From positions 248,001 to 312,000 of the forward strand of contig OW569368.1 of the NCBI GenBank assembly GCA_937625935.1: a DNA stretch of 64,000 bases, in the 5' to 3' direction. Positions 1 to 11,472 of the stretch are shown here, in pieces. The stretch is from Tetramitus jugosus. Lineage: Eukaryota > Protista > Heterolobosea. The notes beneath the pieces were generated by a model. The model had not been told where the DNA came from. It did no database searches and saw only the letters and a list, made by a program, of their open reading frames with translations. Position 1 is the first letter of the stretch. Every line of letters begins with the position of its first letter. Made by a program: the position numbers and the translations under genes.

Positions 1-1454
1 GCTGGAAGCCGTTTGAATTTTCAGACAGCGAGGAGTTGATCGAAAAGAATGAGGAGTTGAACAAGAAGCTGAATGCCTTACAGTTTCCACAACTTTCGAA
101 TCTCTATTGGCGATTTTGTGACGCTTTTGAGTTGCATTCCATCTTTTTCAAAGATGGCAATTGTAGTCAGTATCGACAATTACCTTTGGTAGATCCAAGA
201 TTCATTAACTTGGAATCGCTTAACATCAATGGGAAGAATAGCGAGTATTTAACTACAACTCTTTTGAACAACCAGAATACACTGAAGCATTTCGCAATGA
301 TTCCATTTGCTTACAAGAATAGTAAGAAAAAAGTATTAGATATCTTGAGTTCGTGTCCAAAAATGAGCTTGGGAAATATGAATTGTATCTATACACCTCC
401 CTGCTTTATTTCTCTGAAATCCTTGAATCTTCGTGCTACATATAACTCAATCATTGCGCTGCTCTCTGTGGAGTTTCCACAACTAACTCGATTGTGTATT
501 CATGTTGACTGGAGTACCGATCGCAATAGTGATGCAGCTGGGATTAAGCCGCTTCGTTCCCTTGAGTATTTCAAGTTCTCTGATTCTGGTGTTGGTGCGA
601 ATGCTCATCTATTGTTTGAAGCTATCAATCAAGATTTAAAGGAGTTGGTCGTACGTGACTACACTTACGATGGAAGTCTCTCTGATGTGATTGCGCGCGG
701 TATAAATCATCTAACTAATATCGAGCAGGCTACGCTAAGACTTTTCTGGAAGTGTGAGGAGTTGGAGGTATTCTTGAAACAGAATGTCAATATGCATACA
801 CTAACATTGAATCGCTATTCCCCTGCTATTCCTAAGTTGGTACAGCTCACTTCCCAACTCAAGAATTTGAATCTGGACTATGATGTCACTCCTGATGACT
901 TTAAGTTACTACTTTCGAGTCTCCCATTTCTGAAACAGTTGAAAGTAACTACAAAAATGTCATTCGCGACAGTGTCATCCATTTTGGCAGAACACACTGC
1001 TACCAGTGTCAGAAACTTCGAAGTTCGATCTAGAGCAGCGAGCATCATCCAGTCCTCTATGAGTTATCCAACCGGGAGCATACATCAGTTACCTGCTCTA
1101 GACAAGTTACTTCTTGAGGTTGCATGTGGGACAATGAATGATTGGATTCTACTGATTCTCGCTTCTCATCAAGTGAAGTCAATTAAAATCCGATTGTATG
1201 ATCGTTGGGACGGTAATGTTAGTTATGTTACTTCAGTTCTACCTCTATCGGACATAATCAGAAGAGTTCAGACAGCACTGGTTCAAACTATTCCATCCGA
1301 CGCGTTGTTGATTCCAAGAGAGGAACAGAAGGAGTTACTTCAAATCTATCAACACTTATTCACTGATGAAGTTACTCTGACCAGTAGTGTAATCAACTTC
1401 CCAGGGGTTCGTAGTTTGTTGAGAGCCTACAAGACGAGCAAACAACCACAATGA
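1..1454 (+). CDS. Leucine-rich-repeat-like (RNI/F-box-associated type) protein, 5' truncated by the window edge
   Basis: The frame is open from position 3 (WKPFEFSDSEEL...), with repeated LxxLxL motifs (LKSLNL, LTRLCI, LKELVV, LKNLNL, LKQLKV). Confidence 0.55.
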   Translation, partial: WKPFEFSDSEELIEKNEELNKKLNALQFPQLSNLYWRFCDAFELHSIFFKDGNCSQYRQLPLVDPRFINLESLNINGKNSEYLTTTLLNNQNTLKHFAMIPFAYKNSKKKVLDILSSCPKMSLGNMNCIYTPPCFISLKSLNLRATYNSIIALLSVEFPQLTRLCIHVDWSTDRNSDAAGIKPLRSLEYFKFSDSGVGANAHLLFEAINQDLKELVVRDYTYDGSLSDVIARGINHLTNIEQATLRLFWKCEELEVFLKQNVNMHTLTLNRYSPAIPKLVQLTSQLKNLNLDYDVTPDDFKLLLSSLPFLKQLKVTTKMSFATVSSILAEHTATSVRNFEVRSRAASIIQSSMSYPTGSIHQLPALDKLLLEVACGTMNDWILLILASHQVKSIKIRLYDRWDGNVSYVTSVLPLSDIIRRVQTALVQTIPSDALLIPREEQKELLQIYQHLFTDEVTLTSSVINFPGVRSLLRAYKTSKQPQ

Positions 1455-1589
1455 TAAAACAGTAGCGCCTGTATTTACATGTAAAATACCAATACTCCAG
1501 ATGATGACATGTTTACGAGTCAAATGTGTCAATATTTTACTCTGTTAATGAATCGTCGCTGAGGCATGGGATAATAATACAAGTTAAGT

Positions 1590-1598
1590 TCTATAAAT
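1590..1598 (+). promoter_or_regulatory. TATA-box-like element upstream of the small hydrophilic protein gene
   Basis: CTATAAATA lies about 90 nt upstream of ATG 1686 and is followed by an A/C-rich leader. Confidence 0.35.
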
Positions 1599-1685
1599 AC
1601 CACGCGACAAATTTTTGAATAAAAGTGTGACCTTCTTTTATTTTCTTTCAAAACAACAAAACATTGTAAAATACAAAAAAGCAAC

Positions 1686-1967
1686 ATGGTAGAAAAGAAT
1701 AACGCTGTCGATGAAGCAAAGGACCAAGTCAAGACTCGTGCTGGAGCCATCAAGGAACACATGTCGAATCCTGAATGGAAGAGTAACAAAGGTGAGAATG
1801 TAGTGGGTGACTTAACAAAGAGCAAGACCGATGTCAAGACTGATCAAGCACAAGAAGGTTGGAAGAACACTGGTATCGATGCTTATGAGTCAGTGAAGGA
1901 ATCTGTGTCCGAAGCAGCAATCAATGTTCGGGACTGGGTAACTGGAAACACTGAACAAAAGAAATAA
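1686..1967 (+). CDS. Small hydrophilic LEA/CsbD-like stress protein (93 aa)
   Basis: Rich in K/E/A/D/T with no Cys, has amphipathic repeats (EAKDQVKTRAGAIKE, AYESVKESVSEAA), and good ATG context (gcaacATG). Confidence 0.55.
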   Translation: MVEKNNAVDEAKDQVKTRAGAIKEHMSNPEWKSNKGENVVGDLTKSKTDVKTDQAQEGWKNTGIDAYESVKESVSEAAINVRDWVTGNTEQKK

Positions 1968-2075
1968 ACGCTCACACGCACCCAAATTGAGTTGGCAGTA
2001 GTCACAGAAGATAACTCAGAGATCGGGTGAAGGTGAACTCCATTCCTATTCTTCATTTCAACAAGTTGCAATTTG

Positions 2076-3873
2076 TTATTTTGATTGTGTCCTAAAGGAG
2101 TTGAAAAAGGATGCTGATTCATTCTCCCTTTTGGCATCTTCAACCTGATCAAAATCGAGGAATTTAGGAGTTGGCAGATGTTTCCTTCCATCGTTTTCTT
2201 TTCGCTTTGTAAACATTCTAGAGCTGTCTTGTGCTTGTGGATATGATTCTTTTTGAATTCTTTCTTTCCTTCTATCAGACCATGTTTTGATAACGCTCCC
2301 GAATCTTAAATCATTCTGAAACCCTACTTCAGAACTGTGTTCTGTGGACTCTCGTTCACGGAGAAATTGTGACCTTGGGTCCAATAGAGAATCAATGGTT
2401 TCGTTGGTATAGAAGGGACCCGGAGTTGCTACCTCTTCTTGACCCATAATATTGAGATCCACATCTGAGTAATAATAATACTGAACAGATTGTTTTCTCA
2501 TCTTATTATTCTGATGTCCCGTAAAAATATGTAACATCATGTCTTCTTCGACCGACTCAGGAGAGGGAAATTCCAAGGGAAGACGATACACTATCGTTGT
2601 CAGTTCGATGTTTTCCGATGATATCTTTGGACTGAATACAATACAAGGAAGATGGAGTTTTGATTGATTGTGTTCTTTCCTTCTTTTGATACTCTTCTCA
2701 ATCCTATCAAAGAGTTGTTGGCAATCATTATGAGAAAGATCATTTCTCATGTAATTAATCAAAATTAAACTAAGGTGTTCTTCAATACTAACTATAAGAG
2801 GTAGACATGAGAGGAAAGTCAAGTTATTATCTGACATATTAAGGTATCTCAATTGTTCATTCTTGCTCACATATGTGGCAACAGATATACCACCCAACTC
2901 ACATACAACATTTTGCGACAAATCCAAGCTTGTTAATGACTTGCATGAAGAAAGGTGACTTAATAGTGTGGCTACATCCTTGTCTCTTAATTTATTTCCA
3001 GAGAGGTTTAGAGTTTCCTGTCCATCAAATGAGTGTTAACATTTATAGGTATAGGTGTAAGAGAAGTTTCACAATAGGACGTACCAGGCTCTGTGATTCG
3101 ATTTTAAGGTTCGAAGCGCGATTCCCCAACATACAACTTGATAAGTCCAGAATACGTAAGACCGTAGAATGATTGATGAAGTCGGATATAGCTGAATGAT
3201 TATCATACAGCGCGTTACCAGCAATAATTAACTCCTCCAAGGAGCGATTCAAGAGTAGTGAATAGCAAAGACTTTTCACTCCACTTGTTGAAAATTGGTT
3301 GAATGACACGTTTAACGAGGTTAAACTCTTGTGGAAAGATATCGTCTTTGCAATGGCGTGTAGTCCGTCATCCCCAATATTGTTGAATCTCAAATGAAGA
3401 ATTCTCATCCCTTTCGAGAAGAGAACATATTGAGCCAATGATTTCGATCCATGATCACCAATCTTGTTTCCATTGAGTAGAAGAGATTTCAAGCCGATGC
3501 CACTCGACTGAAGAGTCTGAACTAAAATGACTAAGTGCTCACATTCAAGACCACAACCAGATAGATCGAGGTGCTCAAGCCTGGACAACAGGCGTAGATG
3601 AGATGAAACAAATATCATCCACTTGTCCCCGTTCCTTAGCGATCGATCACACAACAAGCTCAAATGAGTGATCGAAATGGTGTGGAACGAGACAGGAGAT
3701 TGGGTTGACGAGAAAGTAGTTGAATTCGTTTGGAGAGAACGGAACAGTTTCTTGTTCGATGATTCCTGTTCGATGATATGGCATAGATCTTCAAAGGATT
3801 GAATCGAGGTTAGCATTGTACAACCACAGCATGCTTGTGAAACACAAATCTGAAGAACCGTAACCAAATCCAA
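2076..3873 (-). CDS. RNI-like leucine-rich repeat protein, 2 exons (intron 3084..3018)
   Basis: LRR units include LEHLDLSGCGL, LKSLLLNGNKIGD, LHLRFNNIGDDG and LNVSFNQFS. A GTACGT...CAG phase-0 intron joins ORF 3043..3873 to ETLNLSGNKLRD and ORF 2076..2927. The true start may be ATG ~3816. Confidence 0.8.
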
Positions 3874-4159
3874 AATAGAGAACCGTTATCGTTTTCATTG
3901 TTCCAAAATTTTTACGCGCGAATGATTCGCTCAATTCTCCCTCTAAAAATAAGACTTGTATTCCCTTCTTTGGAGTATTGTAATATTCCCTTGACCTTGG
4001 TTGGTCAACCAGACAAAAATACATTATGTGAAGTCAGGTCTATACCTAAGAAGACGCGAGACTTGGGTTTCGGATGATTTATTTGGAAAAACACCGTTGA
4101 GGCGCTGAAACACATTCCATTTGTTGCCAAGGTCCTCTGGGTTGAATTAGTATTGTCCG

Positions 4160-4184
4160 GAATTCCCAGCGTGTCTGGGAATTC
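4160..4184. repeat. Perfect 10-bp inverted repeat GAATTCCCAG-cgtgt-CTGGGAATTC
   Basis: Read directly from the sequence, in the divergent intergenic region. Confidence 0.85.
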
Positions 4185-4419
4185 TCGTTGGTCAGTTGGT
4201 GTTCAAAGTATTTTCACCAACAATCGAAGAAAGGTCCCATAACCCAGTAACCCACACATCCATACAATCAACGACAGTTTCAACATCGTGAGAATCTCAC
4301 CAATCACATCCTTATCTACACTCATAGAAGAATTCTGTAAATAATTGCTCCTCCAACTACTCTACACTATTGTAAACCTATCCTTTCATAAACACTATCT
4401 CCATACCACAGAAACAACC

Positions 4420-6282
4420 ATGTTAGACTTGAGTGAACAGTCCACAACATCTTCCTCCATGCTCCTGCTACGTCCTCCCATAATGTCATCTGCCTCCAAC
4501 CAATCCACTCTAGACCATTGTCATGAGACAATGAAACAGTTCTCAAACCAAATGGTTCCCATGCCAGCTGCAGATGTACTGTCCAACAATGACAAGACCT
4601 CTCAATCATACTCAAGGTTACCCCAACCACAAGATCCATCATACCATCGAATCAACAACATCTCTAACAATAGTATCAATAATTCAACAACTTCAAATGG
4701 TACACTTATTCACTTACCAACAGCATTGATTCAAATGTCGGCTGTTGCCACTAACAACAGAACCAATATTCTCATGCCTCAAGGTCTAATGACAGCTGGA
4801 TCCAGTCAACCAACCCGGTATCTGAGACATCCACCATTGGTGTCTCGTCAATCATCAGTAACCCTTGCTCCACAACATCACAGTCATCATCATCACCACT
4901 ATTCACAACAACAGCAACAATCCATAGCGTCCCACCATCCCAGTTCAACACCGCACAATCCTAACCTTCAAGGCATGATGCCACAGGTGAGCTCTAACAA
5001 GAACAACCGGCAACAACACATGCACAACAGTCAAACATCAATGTTGAACAATCAAGTGCAACAACCTCCATCTACACCTGACAATCAAACATTCATCGAT
5101 TGCATGTCATCAATGCTCAAATACATGCACCAAGGATTCAATGAAGACCCCAATCTGAAGGGACTTCTTCTACCTCCAGCTCCAGTCATCACCACAGCCA
5201 AACCCAAGAGAAGAAGAAGAAGATCTAGAACTCTGAAACTGGGCGAAGAGGAAGAAGAGATTATTAAGCAAGAAGAGCGCGAAGAATTCCAAAAAGTTCT
5301 CGAATCTCAATTCAATGCCTCTGCACCAGAAGAGATTGTGAAACCGTTGCCGGAGTGCATTGGGACACCATTCTGTTTCAACATGCAACAACATCAATTG
5401 AGCAACCACCCTCACCACCAAGCAGAAAGAGACTCATCATCTTTTTCAGCAACCGAACACTTGATGATGATACTGCTCCAGTATCAATCATTCAGATCCT
5501 TCCCATTCTACACGGAAGACGAACAGGGCCAACAGGAGCAGATCAAGCTCCAGAAACAGAGACGTCATGAATTGATGAAACAAAAGAGAGCCATCAGACG
5601 AGAGAGAAGAAAGGAAATGAAGAACAAGAAACGAGTGAACGATGGCAGTCATGAAGCTTCCTCTCAAAACAAGAGAGCTCGAATGTCTTTGTCTGGAGCT
5701 GAAAACTCGGTACACCACACACACGATGAAAGCTCAAACCACTTGACCGACGAAGATGAATTCTCCTTGTTGTTCAACAGTGATCAAGACGAGGAATCAC
5801 TGGACGGAAATGGAGGAATGTCTTTGGATGGGTTCTCGGATGAAGAAGATGATGACTTATCTGATGAGGAAGATGAAGAAGATGACGATAGTGAAGAAGC
5901 AGAAGAAAATGATGAAGAAAACAACGATGGTATCGAAGTGGATTGCCTCCCCACTCCAATCAATCACCTCTTGCTCTCTCCCATTGCTCCAAGCGTTTTT
6001 GATTCGTCTACCATCGACAACAGCAACCTTAGTGCTAAAACTTCAAAGGGATTTACAAACCTGCCAACACCTTCGACTGCAGACATGGATTTCTATCTGA
6101 CTCCTTCATCGTTCTTTGCTCAATTACCAACTCCAGTTCCACAACTCTCCTCTCAACAACACTCTCTCCTGACAGTGAGGAGTGCTGGAACTCAAGTGAG
6201 TCCCAAAACCAATTTTAACATCATGTTCGAACAAACATTACTTCACCAGAAAAGTGATGAGGCTAAAGTATCGAGGAAATAA
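4420..6282 (+). CDS. Low-complexity protein (Q/H/N-rich N-terminus, basic NLS-like runs, acidic tract), likely a nuclear regulator of unknown family
   Basis: Long ORF with KPKRRRRRSR and RRERRKEMKNKKR basic clusters and a D/E tract. No recognisable domain. A possible small terminal exon follows a GTATCG..TAG intron near 6268-6335. Confidence 0.65.
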   Translation: MLDLSEQSTTSSSMLLLRPPIMSSASNQSTLDHCHETMKQFSNQMVPMPAADVLSNNDKTSQSYSRLPQPQDPSYHRINNISNNSINNSTTSNGTLIHLPTALIQMSAVATNNRTNILMPQGLMTAGSSQPTRYLRHPPLVSRQSSVTLAPQHHSHHHHHYSQQQQQSIASHHPSSTPHNPNLQGMMPQVSSNKNNRQQHMHNSQTSMLNNQVQQPPSTPDNQTFIDCMSSMLKYMHQGFNEDPNLKGLLLPPAPVITTAKPKRRRRRSRTLKLGEEEEEIIKQEEREEFQKVLESQFNASAPEEIVKPLPECIGTPFCFNMQQHQLSNHPHHQAERDSSSFSATEHLMMILLQYQSFRSFPFYTEDEQGQQEQIKLQKQRRHELMKQKRAIRRERRKEMKNKKRVNDGSHEASSQNKRARMSLSGAENSVHHTHDESSNHLTDEDEFSLLFNSDQDEESLDGNGGMSLDGFSDEEDDDLSDEEDEEDDDSEEAEENDEENNDGIEVDCLPTPINHLLLSPIAPSVFDSSTIDNSNLSAKTSKGFTNLPTPSTADMDFYLTPSSFFAQLPTPVPQLSSQQHSLLTVRSAGTQVSPKTNFNIMFEQTLLHQKSDEAKVSRK

Positions 6283-7017
6283 ATTCCTCCTTTTAAACCA
6301 AACATGTACAATCCATCATATACTTTCTTCTTTAGGTATTTGACAAATTCACTGTAGATGATTGATCTGGTGTCTCCACTGCCGATCTCTGACGATTTTT
6401 AGACTCAACGGCCAAAGTCAGATTCCTCTGTTAACGTTGGAATAAGGCATAGAGGAGACTTTCACTTCCTGTTTGATCATTATCTTTAGAATGATCAAGA
6501 AGAAAACAATAGAAGTAAATATATCCATCAAGCAACATTGTATAGACAAGGACAACCTATTATCATACGTTAGAAAGACTAGTCACAACACTACACGTTG
6601 TATTGAACAATACAACCAACAATCAATAAAACAAAAAACCTGTACATAATTCAACCCTTGTCTCTCAGAGAACATCAATCTTCAATATTCCTCACCATAC
6701 AACCAACTCCCAGGGAAAGATCCTGTTCCATAGATTCAGGTAAAAATAGCTCCCAAAAAACCCGCCAATACAACCAGCCGGTGAAACCCAAGAGACCAAA
6801 AAAACAGACGCACCCGAAGTTTTGATCCATTCTTGGAAAGTAAGACATCATTGGGAGCGTTTCAGCTTATTCGAAAAATCCAAACGCTATTCTTTCTCTC
6901 TGAATTCCCCAGGTTGAGTCACAAGTTTTCTTTCAAAACAGAAACACAAACAAAAGTTCATAGACATACGCCATACCCTCCTGAGCCAGTTTTTTGATCT
7001 TGTCATCTGATACCCAA

Positions 7018-8355
7018 ATGGAAACGAAGAAGAGTGCTGCAGAAACGAGCACACCATCCCCTGTTCCTCTCCATCCTCTCAAAGAAGAAGAAGAGGAATC
7101 CAATATCTCTGTGGATGACACCACGATCACTACTACCAACACGGAACCAACCACCAAGAAGAAGAAAACTGGAGGAGCTCACAAGAAGAAGAAAAAGAAG
7201 AGAACAAAGACCAGTAGTAACAATCACTCGAACAACAAGAGTAACGGTACGAACAAAAAGAATCAATCAACGTCGTCATCTTTGAACAACAACAACAACA
7301 ATCGAACAAAGAAGAGCTGTCATCACTGTCGTGCAAGTCATTTAAAGTGCGATGGAAAGAGACCATGCTCACGTTGTGTCTCAAAGAAGCGAGAGTGCAT
7401 TGAGTATGATCCCAATCTCATTTATTCTGCCAATCATGAAACGGCTAAAAATAGCAACCACAGTAACAATACAATCAACCACAACCAATTGCAAAAGAAT
7501 GATGATGCTCATTCCGACTGTGATGACTGTGATACTGATGGAGATGTACATATGGAGCAACAAGTGATGAAAGCAACGAGACGTTCTCACCATCATACGA
7601 GATTGAGTGATCAATCTTCAAGTGGTCCCAGAAGGAAACCCTCAATCAGTGCCATAAGGAAGAACACAACCCATGATAACAACAGTAGCAGCAGTAGCAG
7701 TAAAAGTGGAAGTGATTCATTGACCTCTCGGTCCAAGAGAAGAAAGATGAATCATCGTGATCACTGGGAAGAAGAGGAGGAAGAAGAAGACAACCCAACT
7801 CTGGCAAGCAACAATTATCATTCACGAGTTCTATCACCAGATTCGATATCTCACATATGTCAACCGCCCGATTCATCGCCACCCTCGTTGGATTGCCCAC
7901 TACATCTCTCAACTGGTACTACTGCATCCAATTTTGTCTCCCATGATGAGAATGCCATGGCTGTTGATGATGAGAAGAACAACATGTTTAGAGATATGAT
8001 GGTTGATGATGAGAATACCATGGGATCAACCTATTCTTGCTCATCTTCATGTTCTTCTCCCGAGGCCATTGTGGGAGAAGTGGTTTGTTTCAGTGGACTC
8101 AATCACTCAAATCCTGACGTGTACCGCATTGTGGGTCTGTTTGAACAAGATAGTATCCCAGATCCCGTCATGTATGACTCAGAGCAAGATTTCATGGGTC
8201 AATACGGCAAGAATACAATCAATAATCCGTACACAACCAGAAGAGACAGTTCATCTTCACTATCTGACAGCAACATCGATTTTGATCACGAAGAAATGGC
8301 GAAGAGGCTCGCATTCAACTTCTCCAACAGTTTTGCCACCACGAGCACAATGTAA
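7018..8355 (+). CDS. Zn(II)2Cys6 binuclear-cluster (Gal4-type) transcription factor
   Basis: CHHCRASHLKCDGKRPCSRCVSKKREC matches C-x2-C-x6-C-x5-C-x2-C-x6-C and is preceded by poly-K NLS-like runs. Confidence 0.9.
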   Translation: METKKSAAETSTPSPVPLHPLKEEEEESNISVDDTTITTTNTEPTTKKKKTGGAHKKKKKKRTKTSSNNHSNNKSNGTNKKNQSTSSSLNNNNNNRTKKSCHHCRASHLKCDGKRPCSRCVSKKRECIEYDPNLIYSANHETAKNSNHSNNTINHNQLQKNDDAHSDCDDCDTDGDVHMEQQVMKATRRSHHHTRLSDQSSSGPRRKPSISAIRKNTTHDNNSSSSSSKSGSDSLTSRSKRRKMNHRDHWEEEEEEEDNPTLASNNYHSRVLSPDSISHICQPPDSSPPSLDCPLHLSTGTTASNFVSHDENAMAVDDEKNNMFRDMMVDDENTMGSTYSCSSSCSSPEAIVGEVVCFSGLNHSNPDVYRIVGLFEQDSIPDPVMYDSEQDFMGQYGKNTINNPYTTRRDSSSSLSDSNIDFDHEEMAKRLAFNFSNSFATTSTM

Positions 8356-8957
8356 GGCTGTTCTTTAATCAACATCCTCATTGACTGCCACGTGCACCTT
8401 GGAATGGTTTTCTCCCTTTTTGTATGAACGAATGTTGAGTATAGAATATGAGGAGAAGTGTAGCAACTAATCCTTCCACTAAATGAGAGGTCGTTGTCAG
8501 TCCACCTCCACCTGCAAACATTTTGTTCCAACCTTCTCCGCCGTCAGATAATTGTACAGTAAAATCTCCGTTTTTAATTTACAATCTTCTCTTGTTCTCC
8601 GTGACATTGTGATTCGATGCGTTGTGATCTCCGCTCTGTGTTAATTCTTTTTCGCGAGTCCTGTCTATTTTTTGACACCATCCGATAGAACTCTGGCTTT
8701 GGCTACTTGGCAACGAACCCGAATCATCCTGAGATATCGGAGAGTTGTTAAAATAGGTTTACATACATAAGAAACATATTTTTGAAACCGGTTCGGCACC
8801 CAAGTGGTTGACCATTGCCCCAGACCGATAATATTTCACTGATCCACTCATAGTTTATAAGAAGAATTCTACAACTACTTCCATTCTCAATTCAACAAAC
8901 AACAAAGAACAGATCTTACTCATTGTCGCTCATTACTCACTCTTATTGTAACAAAAA

Positions 8958-9800
8958 ATGGTATTTGGATTCGGAAGACACGGCGCACCTGCCACCACTG
9001 CTGCACACGCTCCAACAACTACGCTGCCATACACTACTGGCGCAGCCACAACTGGAGTGGCTGAACCAAAGGCGTTCCACAGACAAGGACACTACCGTAA
9101 CTATTGGCATCGATTCTGGCAAATTGTTTTGCCACTCTTGGGTCTCGCTCTGACATTGACTGCTATTGCTCTGGACATTGCGGGAGCAGCCAAAATTGGT
9201 AACCACGGTACTGATGTGATCGACCCAACTACAGGTAATGTTCTTTGGAACCCTAACAGATATGAGGCTCTGTGGATTGTTGCGGCTTGTCTCACTCCAC
9301 TCATCCTTCTCGGAGGTCTCCTGTCCTTGATTTTCAGCATCTGTGCCATGAGACACGAGAAGAATATTACTCGATACAACAATGATGCCAACCAGTATCA
9401 GCACATGAAGAGAGAATCATCCAACAAGGCAAAGTATCTTGCACTCATTCCTGGATTCCTCAATCAATTGCTCCTGCTCGGTCTCTTGGGATTCTACTTT
9501 GCTGTCACCATTGTTGCTGCCTATAGACTCGAAGTCGCTAGGGGTTTCCCAGACAGTCGTTGTGTGGCTGGTGGTGTTTCAGCTGGTGACTGCACCAGTG
9601 CAAGACGTGGACATCGTATCATGCTCGCTGGTGGTATCATATCTCTCTTGTCATTGCTTCCATTCATCATGTTGAATTGGGCTGCACTGTCTCACTTGGG
9701 CTCTCATCAACGAAAGAGCAATGTGATGCCACCTCAGGCCGCAACCATGATGACGACTCAACAACAAACCACTCAAGTCCCAGCTGCCTCTGTCTATTAA
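8958..9800 (+). CDS. Four-transmembrane membrane protein (MARVEL/CASP-like topology), unknown function
   Basis: Four hydrophobic segments, a Cys pair in the TM3-TM4 loop (RCVAGGVSAGDC), aaaaATG context and TATAA at ~8856. Confidence 0.7.
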   Translation: MVFGFGRHGAPATTAAHAPTTTLPYTTGAATTGVAEPKAFHRQGHYRNYWHRFWQIVLPLLGLALTLTAIALDIAGAAKIGNHGTDVIDPTTGNVLWNPNRYEALWIVAACLTPLILLGGLLSLIFSICAMRHEKNITRYNNDANQYQHMKRESSNKAKYLALIPGFLNQLLLLGLLGFYFAVTIVAAYRLEVARGFPDSRCVAGGVSAGDCTSARRGHRIMLAGGIISLLSLLPFIMLNWAALSHLGSHQRKSNVMPPQAATMMTTQQQTTQVPAASVY

Positions 9801-9948
9801 AGACATCAAAAGAGAAGGTGAGAGAGAGATCGATTGTCCATCCAACTAGTCTATTTCTTCACAAGAAGAAGAATAAGACGTGTACATAGATTTGTGAATA
9901 AAAAACAATTATCATTTGAATATACGTACTTTTCAGCAGTCAGTTGTC

Positions 9949-11369
9949 TCACTCATCCATTTTATGTGATGTTGAGTTTGTGGTTGCCATCTTGCGCTTC
10001 CTCGACAGAAAACTCAAAATATTAGGTGAGCCATGTTGAATCAATGTTTCGCAGTCATAGTGTCGAATATAGTTTTCCAGGGCATCAAGTGTCACAATGT
10101 ATGATGCGTCTGGCTGATCATGTGTTCGCTTAACAATCAAGTACAGGAATTGACATGCTGTGACAACAAGTTCATTCTTCAATGCTTCTGAGTGATCATT
10201 CGTGCGACTCAATTGTACATGGTGTATGTGTGTTTGAATCTCATGCACAATCAACTGGTAGAGTTGAATGTGAGTGATGAGATAATTACTAGTGGGAGTA
10301 CCATCCTTGAGAGATGTCAAAGAATGAAGTTTCAGTTGTTGAATGAATTCAATGTACTCTTTCAATAAGTTATTGACGAGTGAAGAGTCAGGGTTACTGA
10401 TAATCCACTGCAAAATGAATTTTAGTATAAAGATGACTGACATCTGTTCCTTGTTTTCCGTTGGATCATAAAGGAATGAAAACACCTTTAAACAAAATTG
10501 GGAGAACTTCTTTTTCTTTGAACGCTTTCCGTAGCCTGTAATAATTCATTGATGAGCTCTAAACTTATGATTACTTGTCACACATAATGTCAATGTTACA
10601 TACGATTGAAAACGGTTGGTAACTGATCTACACAATTCACAAAGGCATTCATCTTTTCTCTATCATGCATATAAATATGAGAATCTGTATCCCACGGTTT
10701 CACTGCAAACAAACAGAGCAATCGAAGACAGTTTTGCTTTCTCAACACAAATGATTGCGATGAGTCATCTCTCGTAATTAAGTCCATGCATGATCTTTCC
10801 AACCACTGGCACTGATCATACATATGAAACCACATGTCTACACATTTGACATCATCATTGCGAGTGCACTCAAACTTATTAATCCAATATTTCACCCAAT
10901 AATCGAGCAATTGGTTGTCTCCCAGCACTACACCACGCTCCAATGAACGATTCCTCATTCTCTCATCATCCTGTCCACTCTCCAACGTTGTGAACAACAC
11001 ATCAAGTGGTTGTAACGTCACGATGCTACAACTATCAACATCACTTGGTAGTTCTTGCCTCGCAAGCTCTCTATTCAATCTTCGAATCTTGCTCTGCAAT
11101 AGTGAATACACTCTCAAAACATCTTCATTTTTCGTTGTAAAGTACAAGGAGCGCAATTCTTCGCCAAACACGAACCAACTCGAGAAATCTTGAGCAAAAA
11201 AATGTGCTAGAGAACTGAGCCTTTCATTGCTACTCGGAGCATCCACTCCTCCAATAAACAGCCTCTCGTGATGATCAATCATGTGGAGCATGGGGTAACG
11301 AATGACATCACTCAACAGGGCAGAACTTTCTTGGATTAATTGAGAATAAGTGAGTTTTGGAGAAGACAT
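9949..11369 (-). CDS. Hypothetical helical protein, 2 exons (intron 10603..10559)
   Basis: A 45-nt GTATGT...TAG intron joins ORF 10596..11375 in frame (FNQLINELLQ...) to ORF 9949..10485. Confidence 0.7.
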
Positions 11370-11472
11370 TCTCAAATCCAGCGTGTGCGATCTATGTCTG
11401 TTGTTTGTTGTTGCTGCAATTTTTGATCAACATTTATTTTTTTGCAGAAGTTTTCGTTGGTTGGCGTGAAAT

